Assembly: GCA_031254805.1 (NCBI GenBank)
Contig: JAIRTP010000068.1
Coordinates: 1 to 53,710, forward strand
Origin: Bacteroidales bacterium
GTDB taxonomy: Bacteria > Bacteroidota > Bacteroidia > Bacteroidales > WRLA01
Reading direction: 5' to 3'
Length of the DNA: 53,710 nucleotides
Shown here one piece after another: positions 9,298-18,448 of this stretch (within the stretch, counting starts at the first letter, position 1; every line of letters begins with the position of its first letter). Under the pieces are notes generated by a model. That model saw only the letters and a list, made by a program, of their open reading frames with translations. It ran no database searches and was not told the origin of the DNA. The position numbers were made by a program, and so were the translations under genes.

Positions 9298-10650
9298 CTA
9301 TTCTTCGTCTTCTTCAAGAAATTTCTGGATTTTCTTCAAAAATGGGAGCCTTGGTTTCCGTTCTTTTTTAGGTTTTTCTTCCACTATTTTTTCAATTTCT
9401 TTTTCGATTACTTTATCGGTAACCTCGTTAAATTCTTGTTTTTTTCTTTTTTGTTTTTCCTCTTCAATTTTCGATAATCCATTAAGAACCAATCCTATAC
9501 ATGTAGAATAGATGGGCGAGGCTATATCCTTGATGGTTTGATTATTTGAGAGATGTTCGTTAGGATAACCGACCCTTACATCTTTTCCGGTGATGTATTG
9601 CGTAAGTTGAAGAATATCTTTCAATAAAGATCCGCCTCCGGTCAGAACGATGCCGGCAGATAGTTTTCGTTCGTATCCCGAGAATTTTATTTCACTATAA
9701 ACTTTCTCAATAATATCCGTCGTTCGAGCTTCTATAATACGCGCTAAATTTTTCATGGATATCTCTTTCGGCGGACGTCCTTTGAGCCCGGGAATAGCAA
9801 TAATTTGCATGTCGCTATTTTCTTGAGCCAACGCAGAACCGAATTTAATTTTCAATTCTTCGGCAAATTTTTTTATAATATTGCATCCTTCCTTAATATC
9901 TTCGGTTATGATATCTCCTCCAAGCGGAATGACGGCGGTATGTCGAATAACGCCGTCGTAAAAAAGCGCAATATCCGTCGTTCCGCCTCCGATATCGACC
10001 AATGCAACGCCCGCTTCTTTTTCTTCTTCGCTTAAAACGGCTTCGGCAGAGGCGATGGGTTCTAATATAAGATCCACTACGTTCAATCCGGCGCGCGTTA
10101 CGCATTTGTAAATATTGCGAGCGGCGGCTGTTTGTCCGACAATAATATGGAAATTTGCCTCCAAAGAACTTCCCAACATTCCGACCGGTTCTTTGATACC
10201 GGGTTCTCCGTCAATAGTAAATTCTTGCGGAATAACGTCGATGATCTCTTCTCCGGGAGTCATACAGAGATCGAACATATTTTCAGTAAGTTGTTGCACG
10301 TCGTCGTCTGTGATATCTTCTTCCGCATTTTTTCTGATCAAACGGCTCGATTGTTGTTCGCTGCGGATATGTTGTCCTGCAATTCCTACATGCACGTTTT
10401 GAATATTTACTCCGGAAGAAATTTTTGCTTGTTCGATTGCTATTTTAATTGATTCGACCGTATTTTCAATATTACTGACAACACCGCGTCTGACGCCTAA
10501 TGATTCCGCTGTTCCATAGCCTAAAACATCCAATTTGTGATTTTCATTTAATTTCCCGACTATGGCCGCTATTTTGGTAGTACCTATATCAAGACCTACT
10601 ACAAAAACATTTGATGGTAATTTCATCTCTTTATCTATTTGCATTTTCAT
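9298..10650 (-). CDS. ftsA: cell division protein FtsA
   Basis: VGLDIGTTKI, DIGGGTTD, GIVLTGGG. Confidence 0.97.
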   Translation of the reverse strand: MKMQIDKEMKLPSNVFVVGLDIGTTKIAAIVGKLNENHKLDVLGYGTAESLGVRRGVVSNIENTVESIKIAIEQAKISSGVNIQNVHVGIAGQHIRSEQQSSRLIRKNAEEDITDDDVQQLTENMFDLCMTPGEEIIDVIPQEFTIDGEPGIKEPVGMLGSSLEANFHIIVGQTAAARNIYKCVTRAGLNVVDLILEPIASAEAVLSEEEKEAGVALVDIGGGTTDIALFYDGVIRHTAVIPLGGDIITEDIKEGCNIIKKFAEELKIKFGSALAQENSDMQIIAIPGLKGRPPKEISMKNLARIIEARTTDIIEKVYSEIKFSGYERKLSAGIVLTGGGSLLKDILQLTQYITGKDVRVGYPNEHLSNNQTIKDIASPIYSTCIGLVLNGLSKIEEEKQKRKKQEFNEVTDKVIEKEIEKIVEEKPKKERKPRLPFLKKIQKFLEEDEE

Positions 10651-10654
10651 CTCT

Positions 10655-11434
10655 TTATCTATTTTTATTCTGCACGACTACTTGGTTTTCAAATCTTATA
10701 TCAATGCGTTTACTTTTTTTCCATTCTTCTACGCCGAGTCCTTCTTTATAAAAAATCTTTAAATTTTCTAATCGATTATCGGCAAAATAGGGGCTGCCAA
10801 GCAATACGGTATGGTCGCCTAATAAAGGAATAAGTATAAAATCATTGTTGTCATCTATAAAAACCTGCCCGATTTGAGCTTTTAAAAATTCATCTCTATT
10901 AATAGCGTTCATACAACTCAAAATAGCGTTGATCTCTTGAATGACAGTATCCGCTCTGAAATCGCTATACTTTGTTGAAATGTTGCCGTTTACGACAATA
11001 ACGCGCGCCGGCATTCCGGGACGAATCGGCATAGCGCCGCCTAAATCGTCTATATAATATTGCTCGTTTTCTTTGTTGACGATACGCGCTATCGGTTTTC
11101 TTTGTTTCACGTTAATCTGGAGATTTCCCCACATATCGCCCGATATTTCTGCTTCGTTTACATAAACATTCTCTCTCAATGTTTTTTCAAGATTGACTAG
11201 GTCGATATCTTTAAATTTTCTTCCGATCAAAGAGTCCGTGCGGGTTAAAATGATATTCTCAATATCTGATTTACTTATTAATCTCTCCGTGTCGTCCGAC
11301 GCGGTAATATTGATCGAATAACCTTTGTATGCGACATTATCGTATCGAGAACCGGCATAAACAATCATAGTAACAATTCCCGCTAACGCCGCAATCCAAA
11401 ACAAAACAATTAAAATCTTTTTGAACTTCATCAT
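10655..11434 (-). CDS. ftsQ: cell division protein FtsQ/DivIB
   Basis: N-terminal TM, POTRA-like region, QRKPIARI, IDIRFENQVV; lies between murC and ftsA. Confidence 0.88.
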   Translation of the reverse strand: MMKFKKILIVLFWIAALAGIVTMIVYAGSRYDNVAYKGYSINITASDDTERLISKSDIENIILTRTDSLIGRKFKDIDLVNLEKTLRENVYVNEAEISGDMWGNLQINVKQRKPIARIVNKENEQYYIDDLGGAMPIRPGMPARVIVVNGNISTKYSDFRADTVIQEINAILSCMNAINRDEFLKAQIGQVFIDDNNDFILIPLLGDHTVLLGSPYFADNRLENLKIFYKEGLGVEEWKKSKRIDIRFENQVVVQNKNR

Positions 11435-12828
11435 TTTAACTCTTTTTGATAAGGTTTATCGTTATTATAATTCCAAAATTTTCTCAAAGCATTTTCAACA
11501 GGCTCCGCCAAACGATCAATATCGCCCGCTCCGAGCATGACGACAATTTCGGGAGCTTGATCAATCAGTTTTTCGATTAAATGCTCTTTTGAAACTATTT
11601 GTACTTCCTCTTTTGTGATTTTTTCGGCAATTAACGAACTGCTTATGCCTGCTATCGGATTCTCTCTCGCGGGATAAATATCCAACAAAATAATCTCATC
11701 GGCTATGTTCAATGTTTTTGCAAATCCTTCTGCAAAATCTCTCGTCCGACTGTAAAGATGCGGTTGGAAGATAGCGGTGATTTTTTTCTTGGGATACAAC
11801 TCTTTCACCGATAATAAAGCGCTTTCTATCTCTTTCGGATGATGCGCGTAATCATCGATTAAGGCAAACTCTTTCGTGCGAATTTTGAAATCAAAACGGC
11901 GGCGTACTCCGGAGAAATTTTCCAAAGCATCTCTAATAACGCCTTTATCAATACCATAATTCAAAGCGATGGCAGACGCCGTTACCGCGTTCAAAACGTT
12001 AATTGCGCCGTGTCCGCCGAAAACGAGATTCGTGATAACTCCATCCGGCATGAAGAGATCAAAATGATAATAACCGTTTTCAATACGAATGTTATCGGCA
12101 AAATAATTGGCATGCGAATTATCAATTGAAACGGTTAATATTTTGACGTCGGTAAAAATATGAGATTCCAGCCCTTTGTGTAAAATAAGAAATCCCTTTT
12201 TATCTATTTGATTAGCAAATTCGTTATAAGTCTCCTGCAATGATTGCTCAACTCCGTAAATATCCAAATGATCGGCGTCCATAGAATTAATAGCGGCCGC
12301 CGTCGGATGTAAAAATAATAACGAACGGTCATATTCGTCCGCTTCGACAATAAAAATTCCGTCGCCTTTTGAAAAAAAGTTGGTTTGATAATTGTTGCTG
12401 ATTCCTCCAATCAAGGCGGTGCAACCAATAGCGCTTTGATAGAACATATGCGCTAAAATGGCCGAAGTCGTTGTTTTCCCATGCGTTCCGGCAATTGCAA
12501 TCATCTCCTTTCCGCGCGTAATGGTCCCTAAAATATCAGCTCTTTTTCTGAGAGGAATAGAACGTTTTGCTATCTCTTTGAAAATATTCAAATCCAAAGG
12601 AACGGCCGGCGTGTAAATAGCTAAATCGATATCTTTAGCTATTTTATCGCTGTCGTCTTCGTAAAAAATCGACATTCCTTCTTTTGTCAATTGTTTAGTG
12701 AGTTCCGAGCAAGTACGGTCATAACCGGATATCGTTTTTCCTTGCGCTTTGAAATAACGTGCCAAAGCGCTCATCCCGATACCTCCGATACCGATGAAAA
12801 ATATATTATTTACCTTGCTCAAATCCAT
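11431..12828 (-). CDS. murC: UDP-N-acetylmuramate--L-alanine ligase
   Basis: GIGGIGMSALA, GTHGKTTTS, EADEYDRS, DDYAHHP, FQPHLYSRT. Confidence 0.97.
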   Translation of the reverse strand: MDLSKVNNIFFIGIGGIGMSALARYFKAQGKTISGYDRTCSELTKQLTKEGMSIFYEDDSDKIAKDIDLAIYTPAVPLDLNIFKEIAKRSIPLRKRADILGTITRGKEMIAIAGTHGKTTTSAILAHMFYQSAIGCTALIGGISNNYQTNFFSKGDGIFIVEADEYDRSLLFLHPTAAAINSMDADHLDIYGVEQSLQETYNEFANQIDKKGFLILHKGLESHIFTDVKILTVSIDNSHANYFADNIRIENGYYHFDLFMPDGVITNLVFGGHGAINVLNAVTASAIALNYGIDKGVIRDALENFSGVRRRFDFKIRTKEFALIDDYAHHPKEIESALLSVKELYPKKKITAIFQPHLYSRTRDFAEGFAKTLNIADEIILLDIYPARENPIAGISSSLIAEKITKEEVQIVSKEHLIEKLIDQAPEIVVMLGAGDIDRLAEPVENALRKFWNYNNDKPYQKELK

Positions 12829-12831
12829 TTC

Positions 12832-13953
12832 TTATCCTTTTTCAATAAGTTTTAATATTTCGTTTACGATTTTTTCGCCGGCATCGCTGATTGCGAGCAA
12901 CTTAATATTCGATGAAAGTTTTTGCATCCGACTTGAATTATCAAAAAGTTCTAATACCGTCTTTACTAATTTTTCCGACGCTTCTGCGTCCGGGATCATC
13001 AAAGCGGCATTTTTTTCGAGCAGCGCCATGGCGTTTCTCATTTGATGATTTTCCGCTGCATGAGGATAGGGAACAAAGACGACCGGTTTTCCGACATTAC
13101 AAAGTTCTGAAATAGCAATAGCTCCCGCTCGTGAAACGATTACGTCGGCGGCGGCGTAAGCCATATCCATTTCTTTTATAAATTGTATGGCGTGAACATC
13201 CTGTTTTACTTTTGCCGCTTCTTGAGCTTGCTCGAAATATGGTTTTCCCGTTTGCCAGATTATTTGTATGTCGGCTTTTTCGAACTCTTCTAACCCCGAT
13301 CTTATCGCTTTATTAATAGTCCATGCGCCGAGGCTTCCTCCTACGATCAACAATGTTTTTTTATTCTGATTTAAATTAAAAAACCGTATCGCTTCTTCTC
13401 TTTTTCCTTCAATATCTATGACTTGCCGACGAACAGGATTTCCTGTTAAAACTATTTTTTCCGGACTAAAATATTGTTCCATACCAGAATATGCCACGCA
13501 AACTTTATCCGCTTTTTTTGACAATATTTTATTGGTAATTCCCGGATAAGAATTTTGTTCCTGTATCAAAGTCGGAATATGCAATTTAATAGCGCCGCGC
13601 AAAGTTGGCCCGCTGGCAAAACCTCCGACTCCCACCACAATATCAGGAGCAAATTCTCTGATAATTCGTTTTGCATGTTTCGAACTTTGCATTAATTTGA
13701 ATGGGAAGCTCAAGTTTTTTAAGATGTTTTTTAGAGAAAACGACCGTTGAATTCCTGTGATATTTAGTCCGATGATTCGATAACCGGCTTCAGGGACTTT
13801 TTCCATCTCAATTTTACCATTTGCGCCGGTAAATAATATAACAGCATGATCGGCCATTCTTTTTTTCAAAGAATTGGCAATGGCAATGGCGGGAAAAATA
13901 TGTCCGCCGGTTCCGCCTCCGCTAATGATTATTTTCACACTATCGTTCATCAT
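12832..13953 (-). CDS. murG: lipid II N-acetylglucosaminyltransferase
   Basis: GGGTGGHIFP, EQNSYPG, GNPVR, GGSLGA, SRAGA, HQMRNA. Confidence 0.97.
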   Translation of the reverse strand: MMNDSVKIIISGGGTGGHIFPAIAIANSLKKRMADHAVILFTGANGKIEMEKVPEAGYRIIGLNITGIQRSFSLKNILKNLSFPFKLMQSSKHAKRIIREFAPDIVVGVGGFASGPTLRGAIKLHIPTLIQEQNSYPGITNKILSKKADKVCVAYSGMEQYFSPEKIVLTGNPVRRQVIDIEGKREEAIRFFNLNQNKKTLLIVGGSLGAWTINKAIRSGLEEFEKADIQIIWQTGKPYFEQAQEAAKVKQDVHAIQFIKEMDMAYAAADVIVSRAGAIAISELCNVGKPVVFVPYPHAAENHQMRNAMALLEKNAALMIPDAEASEKLVKTVLELFDNSSRMQKLSSNIKLLAISDAGEKIVNEILKLIEKG

Positions 13954-13956
13954 TCT

Positions 13957-15192
13957 TCAACAATATTTATTTGTTTCGTCAGATTCAACTTCATCCTCAA
14001 TTTCGGCTTCGTTTTCTTCCTCCAAGGCTTTCAACCGCTCTTGCTCATTCAGTCTACTCTCAGATAATACCAATCCGAAAGCGGCGCAAGCAATCCACAA
14101 TGCAGTACCTCCTTTGCTGACAAAAGGCAGAGGTTGCCCGGTTACAGGAGTCAAATCTACTGAGACTGCGATATGCATAAATGCCTGAAAAACATATAAA
14201 AAGGTGATTCCAAAAACCAAATATGATGAAAATTTTCTGTCGCTTTTTAGAGATATTCTAAAACCGCGATATACTAAAATCAGATAAATAACAACTAAAG
14301 GAATAGCTCCGAACAAGATGCCGTATTCTTCAACAATGATGGTAAAAATATAATCGTCGTACGATTGCGGAAGCACGTGACGTTGCGTTCCGCTTCCCGG
14401 ACCTTTTCCGAAAACGCCTCCCGTTCCAATAGCAATTTTTGCCTGCTCCTCTTGATATATTTTATCTTTATCTTCAGCGCCGACGTCGTTTTTGTGTGTA
14501 AAAGTAACAATACGATTCGCCCAAGTACTCGCTCTTGGGAACGCTTCGGGAACAGCTTTGCCTACTATGATCAATAATAAACAAAAAGCGAACGATAATC
14601 CTATAAAATGGAAAAGGCTCTTAATCGATATCGGTCTGAAAAACATCAAGGCAAATGAAACGGCAAAACATATCAACGCAGTAGAAAGATTGGAGCGAAG
14701 TATCAATATAACAGTTATAAAAATGGGCAAATAAACCCAGAGAAACATATCTTTAAAAGAATTTTTTAAATCTTTGCCTTTGAGCATAATGCTTGACAAG
14801 TAGATAATCAGAGCAATTTTTGCAATGTCGAATATTTGAATAGTTATCGATCCGATAGGCAATATCCTGTTAGACTGGTTGATGTCCTTACCCAAAACTA
14901 TTGGTATAATGATCAATACCCACGAAATAATCAATATGATTGGGGCCGTTTTTCTCAAAAAAACGCGCCATTTAATGAGGTGAACCGACCACATAATGAA
15001 CAATCCCAGTGCGATCAGAATGAATTGATACAATAACTCCTTCTCGGCGAACAGGTCTCTCGATTGTCCGGGTTTTAACGGCATATTGGAGAGGCCGCTA
15101 TAAATCGCCAACAACGAATAGACGCAGAGAATGATGATCGCAGTCCAAATAACAGGATCGCCTTTTACTCTATTTTTTAAGTTAATACCCAT
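13957..15192 (-). CDS. ftsW: SEDS peptidoglycan polymerase FtsW
   Basis: Multi-TM; GGVFGKGPG, LPQSYDDYIF..IVEEYG, PVTGQPLPFVSKGG. Confidence 0.93.
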   Translation of the reverse strand: MGINLKNRVKGDPVIWTAIIILCVYSLLAIYSGLSNMPLKPGQSRDLFAEKELLYQFILIALGLFIMWSVHLIKWRVFLRKTAPIILIISWVLIIIPIVLGKDINQSNRILPIGSITIQIFDIAKIALIIYLSSIMLKGKDLKNSFKDMFLWVYLPIFITVILILRSNLSTALICFAVSFALMFFRPISIKSLFHFIGLSFAFCLLLIIVGKAVPEAFPRASTWANRIVTFTHKNDVGAEDKDKIYQEEQAKIAIGTGGVFGKGPGSGTQRHVLPQSYDDYIFTIIVEEYGILFGAIPLVVIYLILVYRGFRISLKSDRKFSSYLVFGITFLYVFQAFMHIAVSVDLTPVTGQPLPFVSKGGTALWIACAAFGLVLSESRLNEQERLKALEEENEAEIEDEVESDETNKYC

Positions 15193-15193
15193 T

Positions 15194-15751
15194 TTATAAT
15201 CCTTTAACCGCGCGTTTAAACTGCAAAGCGGCGTCGTGAAAATTTTTAACGTGCAAACAATCTTCCGTCATTGAAGAAAAAACGATTGCATCTCCATGAT
15301 CTCCTATCGTGTATGCAAATTCTACAGCTTGTTCAATGTTTTTAAGTCGATAAATTCCTTCGACATGATCCGCTAAAAAATGCGACGTATGAGCTGATTT
15401 ATGCCCCAAAAGAATGATCGCTTTTACTTTTTTCCGAATCAACGGGATGATTTTTTCAAAGTCGTCGTCCGTTTCGTTGATTTCATTAATGATCCAGATA
15501 ATCGGTTTTTCAATACTTTCCAAAGTATACCATGCCGCATTAGCGCTCAACGACTTGGCATCATTGATAAAATCCATTCCGAAAATTGTAGCTACATACT
15601 CTATCCTGTCGGACACATGAATGTAATCCGAGAATATGTCGCGTATGGTTTGACGATGCGCATGTACTAATTTACGCTCTATATTCTCCATAAATTGATT
15701 TTCAAAATCTAAAATTCCTTGTGATGCCAATTTTTCTAAAGTTATACTCAT
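15194..15751 (-). CDS. degenerate MurD C-terminal-domain-only protein in the murD slot
   Basis: 185 aa; DRIEYV..FINDAKSLS..WYTLES..KKVKAII..GDAIVFS..QFKRAVKGL aligns with MurD domain 3. There is no N-terminal or ATP-binding (GxNGKTT) domain, and only 13 bp separate it from mraY. Confidence 0.75.
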   Translation of the reverse strand: MSITLEKLASQGILDFENQFMENIERKLVHAHRQTIRDIFSDYIHVSDRIEYVATIFGMDFINDAKSLSANAAWYTLESIEKPIIWIINEINETDDDFEKIIPLIRKKVKAIILLGHKSAHTSHFLADHVEGIYRLKNIEQAVEFAYTIGDHGDAIVFSSMTEDCLHVKNFHDAALQFKRAVKGL

Positions 15752-15764
15752 GGTTATAATTATT

Positions 15765-16979
15765 TTATCTTAATTTTAAAGTTACGATCGACAAAATGGC
15801 AAGCCCAATAGACACAATAATGAAGCGTTGCACGATTTTTTCTTCGGCGATACCTGTTTTTTGATAATGATGATGCAAAGGCGACATCAGAAATATTCTC
15901 TTTCCTTCGCCATATTTCTTTTTGGTATATTTAAAATACCTTGTTTGAATGATAACCGAAAGAGCTTCGACTAAGAAAATGCCGCATAACAACGGTAATA
16001 AAAGCTCTTTACGAATGATAATTGCAACAACTGCAATAATTCCTCCGATGGTAAGGCTGCCCGTATCGCCCATAAAAACCTGTGCAGGATGCGTGTTGTA
16101 CCATAAAAATCCGCCGCAGGCTCCGACAAAAGCTCCCATGAAGATCGTCACCTCGCCGACATTTGGAATATACATGATATCAAGGTAGTTGGCAAATATA
16201 ATGTTGCCCGATACCCATGTCAATATTGCTAAGGATCCTCCAATCACAGAAGATGTTCCGGCTGCCAATCCGTCGATCCCGTCGGTCAGATTTGCTCCGT
16301 TTGAAACAGCGGTAATGATAAAAATGACAATAGGAATAAAGATTAAAAAAGCCCATTTGTGACAATCTTCACAAGCCCAACTCACCAGCCGGCCATAATC
16401 GAATTCATTATTTTTCACAAAAGGAATAGTCGTTTTGAGCGATTTTGCATCTTGAGTGATTGTCGTATTTACGGCGACTATTTCATCTTTTTCGATTGTT
16501 TCACGAATTACTACATCATCGGAAAAATAAATCGTACAACCAACTACAATACCTAAAATGACTTGCCCTACAATTTTATACTTTCCGGATAATCCTTTTT
16601 TATTTTTCTTGAAAATTTTAATGTAATCGTCAATAAAACCGATTAGTCCAAGCCATAAAGTCGTGAAAATCAAAAGTATGATATAAATATTATCTAATTT
16701 GCAAAACAACAGAACAGGAATTAATATACCGGAAATAATGATCAATCCTCCCATTGTAGGAGTTCCTTGCTTTTCCATTTGCCCTTTTAATCCGAGATCT
16801 CTGACCGTTTCGCCGACTTGATGTTTTTTCAGAAAACGAATCAGATATTTTCCAAAAACTGCAGTTATCAAAAGAGAGGTTACGACAGCCATACCGCCGC
16901 GAAATGAGAGATATTGAAAAACTCCCGCTCCCGGGAAATCATAACTTTTGTCTAACCAATCAAAAAGATAATATAACAT
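15765..16979 (-). CDS. mraY: phospho-N-acetylmuramoyl-pentapeptide transferase
   Basis: [40 protein letters not shown]. Confidence 0.98.
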   Translation of the reverse strand: MLYYLFDWLDKSYDFPGAGVFQYLSFRGGMAVVTSLLITAVFGKYLIRFLKKHQVGETVRDLGLKGQMEKQGTPTMGGLIIISGILIPVLLFCKLDNIYIILLIFTTLWLGLIGFIDDYIKIFKKNKKGLSGKYKIVGQVILGIVVGCTIYFSDDVVIRETIEKDEIVAVNTTITQDAKSLKTTIPFVKNNEFDYGRLVSWACEDCHKWAFLIFIPIVIFIITAVSNGANLTDGIDGLAAGTSSVIGGSLAILTWVSGNIIFANYLDIMYIPNVGEVTIFMGAFVGACGGFLWYNTHPAQVFMGDTGSLTIGGIIAVVAIIIRKELLLPLLCGIFLVEALSVIIQTRYFKYTKKKYGEGKRIFLMSPLHHHYQKTGIAEEKIVQRFIIVSIGLAILSIVTLKLR

Positions 16980-16991
16980 ACTTGCCGTTTT

Positions 16992-18446
16992 TTACTTCGT
17001 TAAAAATGCTTTTTGCAACTCTTCTTTATCGTCAAAAGGATATTTTATCCCGTTGATCTCCTGATAATTTTCATGTCCTTTACCCGCTACTAAGACAATA
17101 TCGCCTTCATGAGCCAAGGCGGCGGCTACTTTTATTGCTTCGCGACGATCGGTAATGCGTAATACTTTTTTAAAATATTCCGGCGATACCCCTTGCATCA
17201 TGTCGTCCAGAATAGTTTCCGGATTTTCACTCCGCGGATTGTCGGAAGTCAAGATTACCTTATCGCTCAATTCGCATACGACGGAAGCCATTACAGGACG
17301 TTTTTCTTTGTCGCGGTTTCCGCCGCAACCAACTACAGTAATGAGATTTTCGTTGTACGTGCGAATACCGTTGATTGATTCTAATACATTTTTCAATGCA
17401 TCTGGCGTGTGCGCATAATCAACAATTGCCGTTATTCCTTGAAAACGAAGCGTCTCAAAACGTCCCACAACGGGCTTTAAAGCGCTTATTGCTTGTAAAA
17501 CTTCCAATTTATCGTGCCCTAAGCAGATACTTCCGCCGTAAATAGCGGTAACATTATATGCGTTGAACCGTCCGGTAAGATGAATCCAAACATCTTCTTC
17601 ATTAATATTGAGCAACATTGCTCCAAATTGGCTTTCCAAAATACGACATTTGAAATCAGCCATATTTTGTAAACTGTAGCCGTATTTCTGCGCTTTTGTA
17701 TTTTGCATTATGAAATTGCCATTACGATCGTCGATATTGGAAAGTGCAAAAGCCTCTTTAGGAAGTAGGTCAAAAAAAGTTTTTTTAGCGTTTAAATAGT
17801 TTTTAAAGGTTTTATGATAGTCTAAATGATCGTGCGAAATATTGGTAAAAATTCCTCCGGAAAATTGTAATCCCGCTATCCTTTTTTGATCAACGGCATG
17901 AGAACTCACTTCCATAAAGCAATAATCGCAACCGCTATCTACCATTTTGGATAACAATGAGTTAATCTGTACGGCATCGGGCGTTGTATGAGTCGCCGAG
18001 ATGATTGTATTGTCGATTCTATTCTCAACTGTTGAAAGCAAACCGACGGCATATCCCAATTTTCGATGCAATTCATATAACAAGGTAGCGACGGTCGTTT
18101 TTCCGTTAGTTCCCGTTACGCCTACTAATTTTAATTTTCTTGACGGATGATCATAAAAAGCGGAAGCCAACATTCCCAACGCTTCGGCGCTATCCGGTAC
18201 GACGATATACGTTACGGAATCTTTTACCTCTTCCGGTTTTGTTTCGCAAACAATAACGGTAGCTCCATTTTTAATGGCGGCTTCCATAAATAGGCGTCCA
18301 TCGACTTGGACGCCGCGAACGGCGACAAAAAGATCGTTTTGTTTTATCCTACGGGAATCAAATTCGATTTGATTGACAATACGATTGCTATTTCCAATAA
18401 TTTGGATCGTGCGTATGTCGGATAATATTTCTTGTAATTGCTTCAC
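16992..18446 (-). CDS. murE: UDP-MurNAc-L-Ala-D-Glu--meso-DAP ligase
   Basis: GTNGKTT, HTTPD, EVSSHA, DYAHTPD, DNPR (mDAP-type); GTG start. Confidence 0.97.
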   Translation of the reverse strand: MKQLQEILSDIRTIQIIGNSNRIVNQIEFDSRRIKQNDLFVAVRGVQVDGRLFMEAAIKNGATVIVCETKPEEVKDSVTYIVVPDSAEALGMLASAFYDHPSRKLKLVGVTGTNGKTTVATLLYELHRKLGYAVGLLSTVENRIDNTIISATHTTPDAVQINSLLSKMVDSGCDYCFMEVSSHAVDQKRIAGLQFSGGIFTNISHDHLDYHKTFKNYLNAKKTFFDLLPKEAFALSNIDDRNGNFIMQNTKAQKYGYSLQNMADFKCRILESQFGAMLLNINEEDVWIHLTGRFNAYNVTAIYGGSICLGHDKLEVLQAISALKPVVGRFETLRFQGITAIVDYAHTPDALKNVLESINGIRTYNENLITVVGCGGNRDKEKRPVMASVVCELSDKVILTSDNPRSENPETILDDMMQGVSPEYFKKVLRITDRREAIKVAAALAHEGDIVLVAGKGHENYQEINGIKYPFDDKEELQKAFLTK

Positions 18447-18448
18447 CG

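Noticed and set aside
11431-18446. Absence of murF, murB and ddl from dcw
   Set aside because: These genes are commonly outside the dcw cluster in Bacteroidota.
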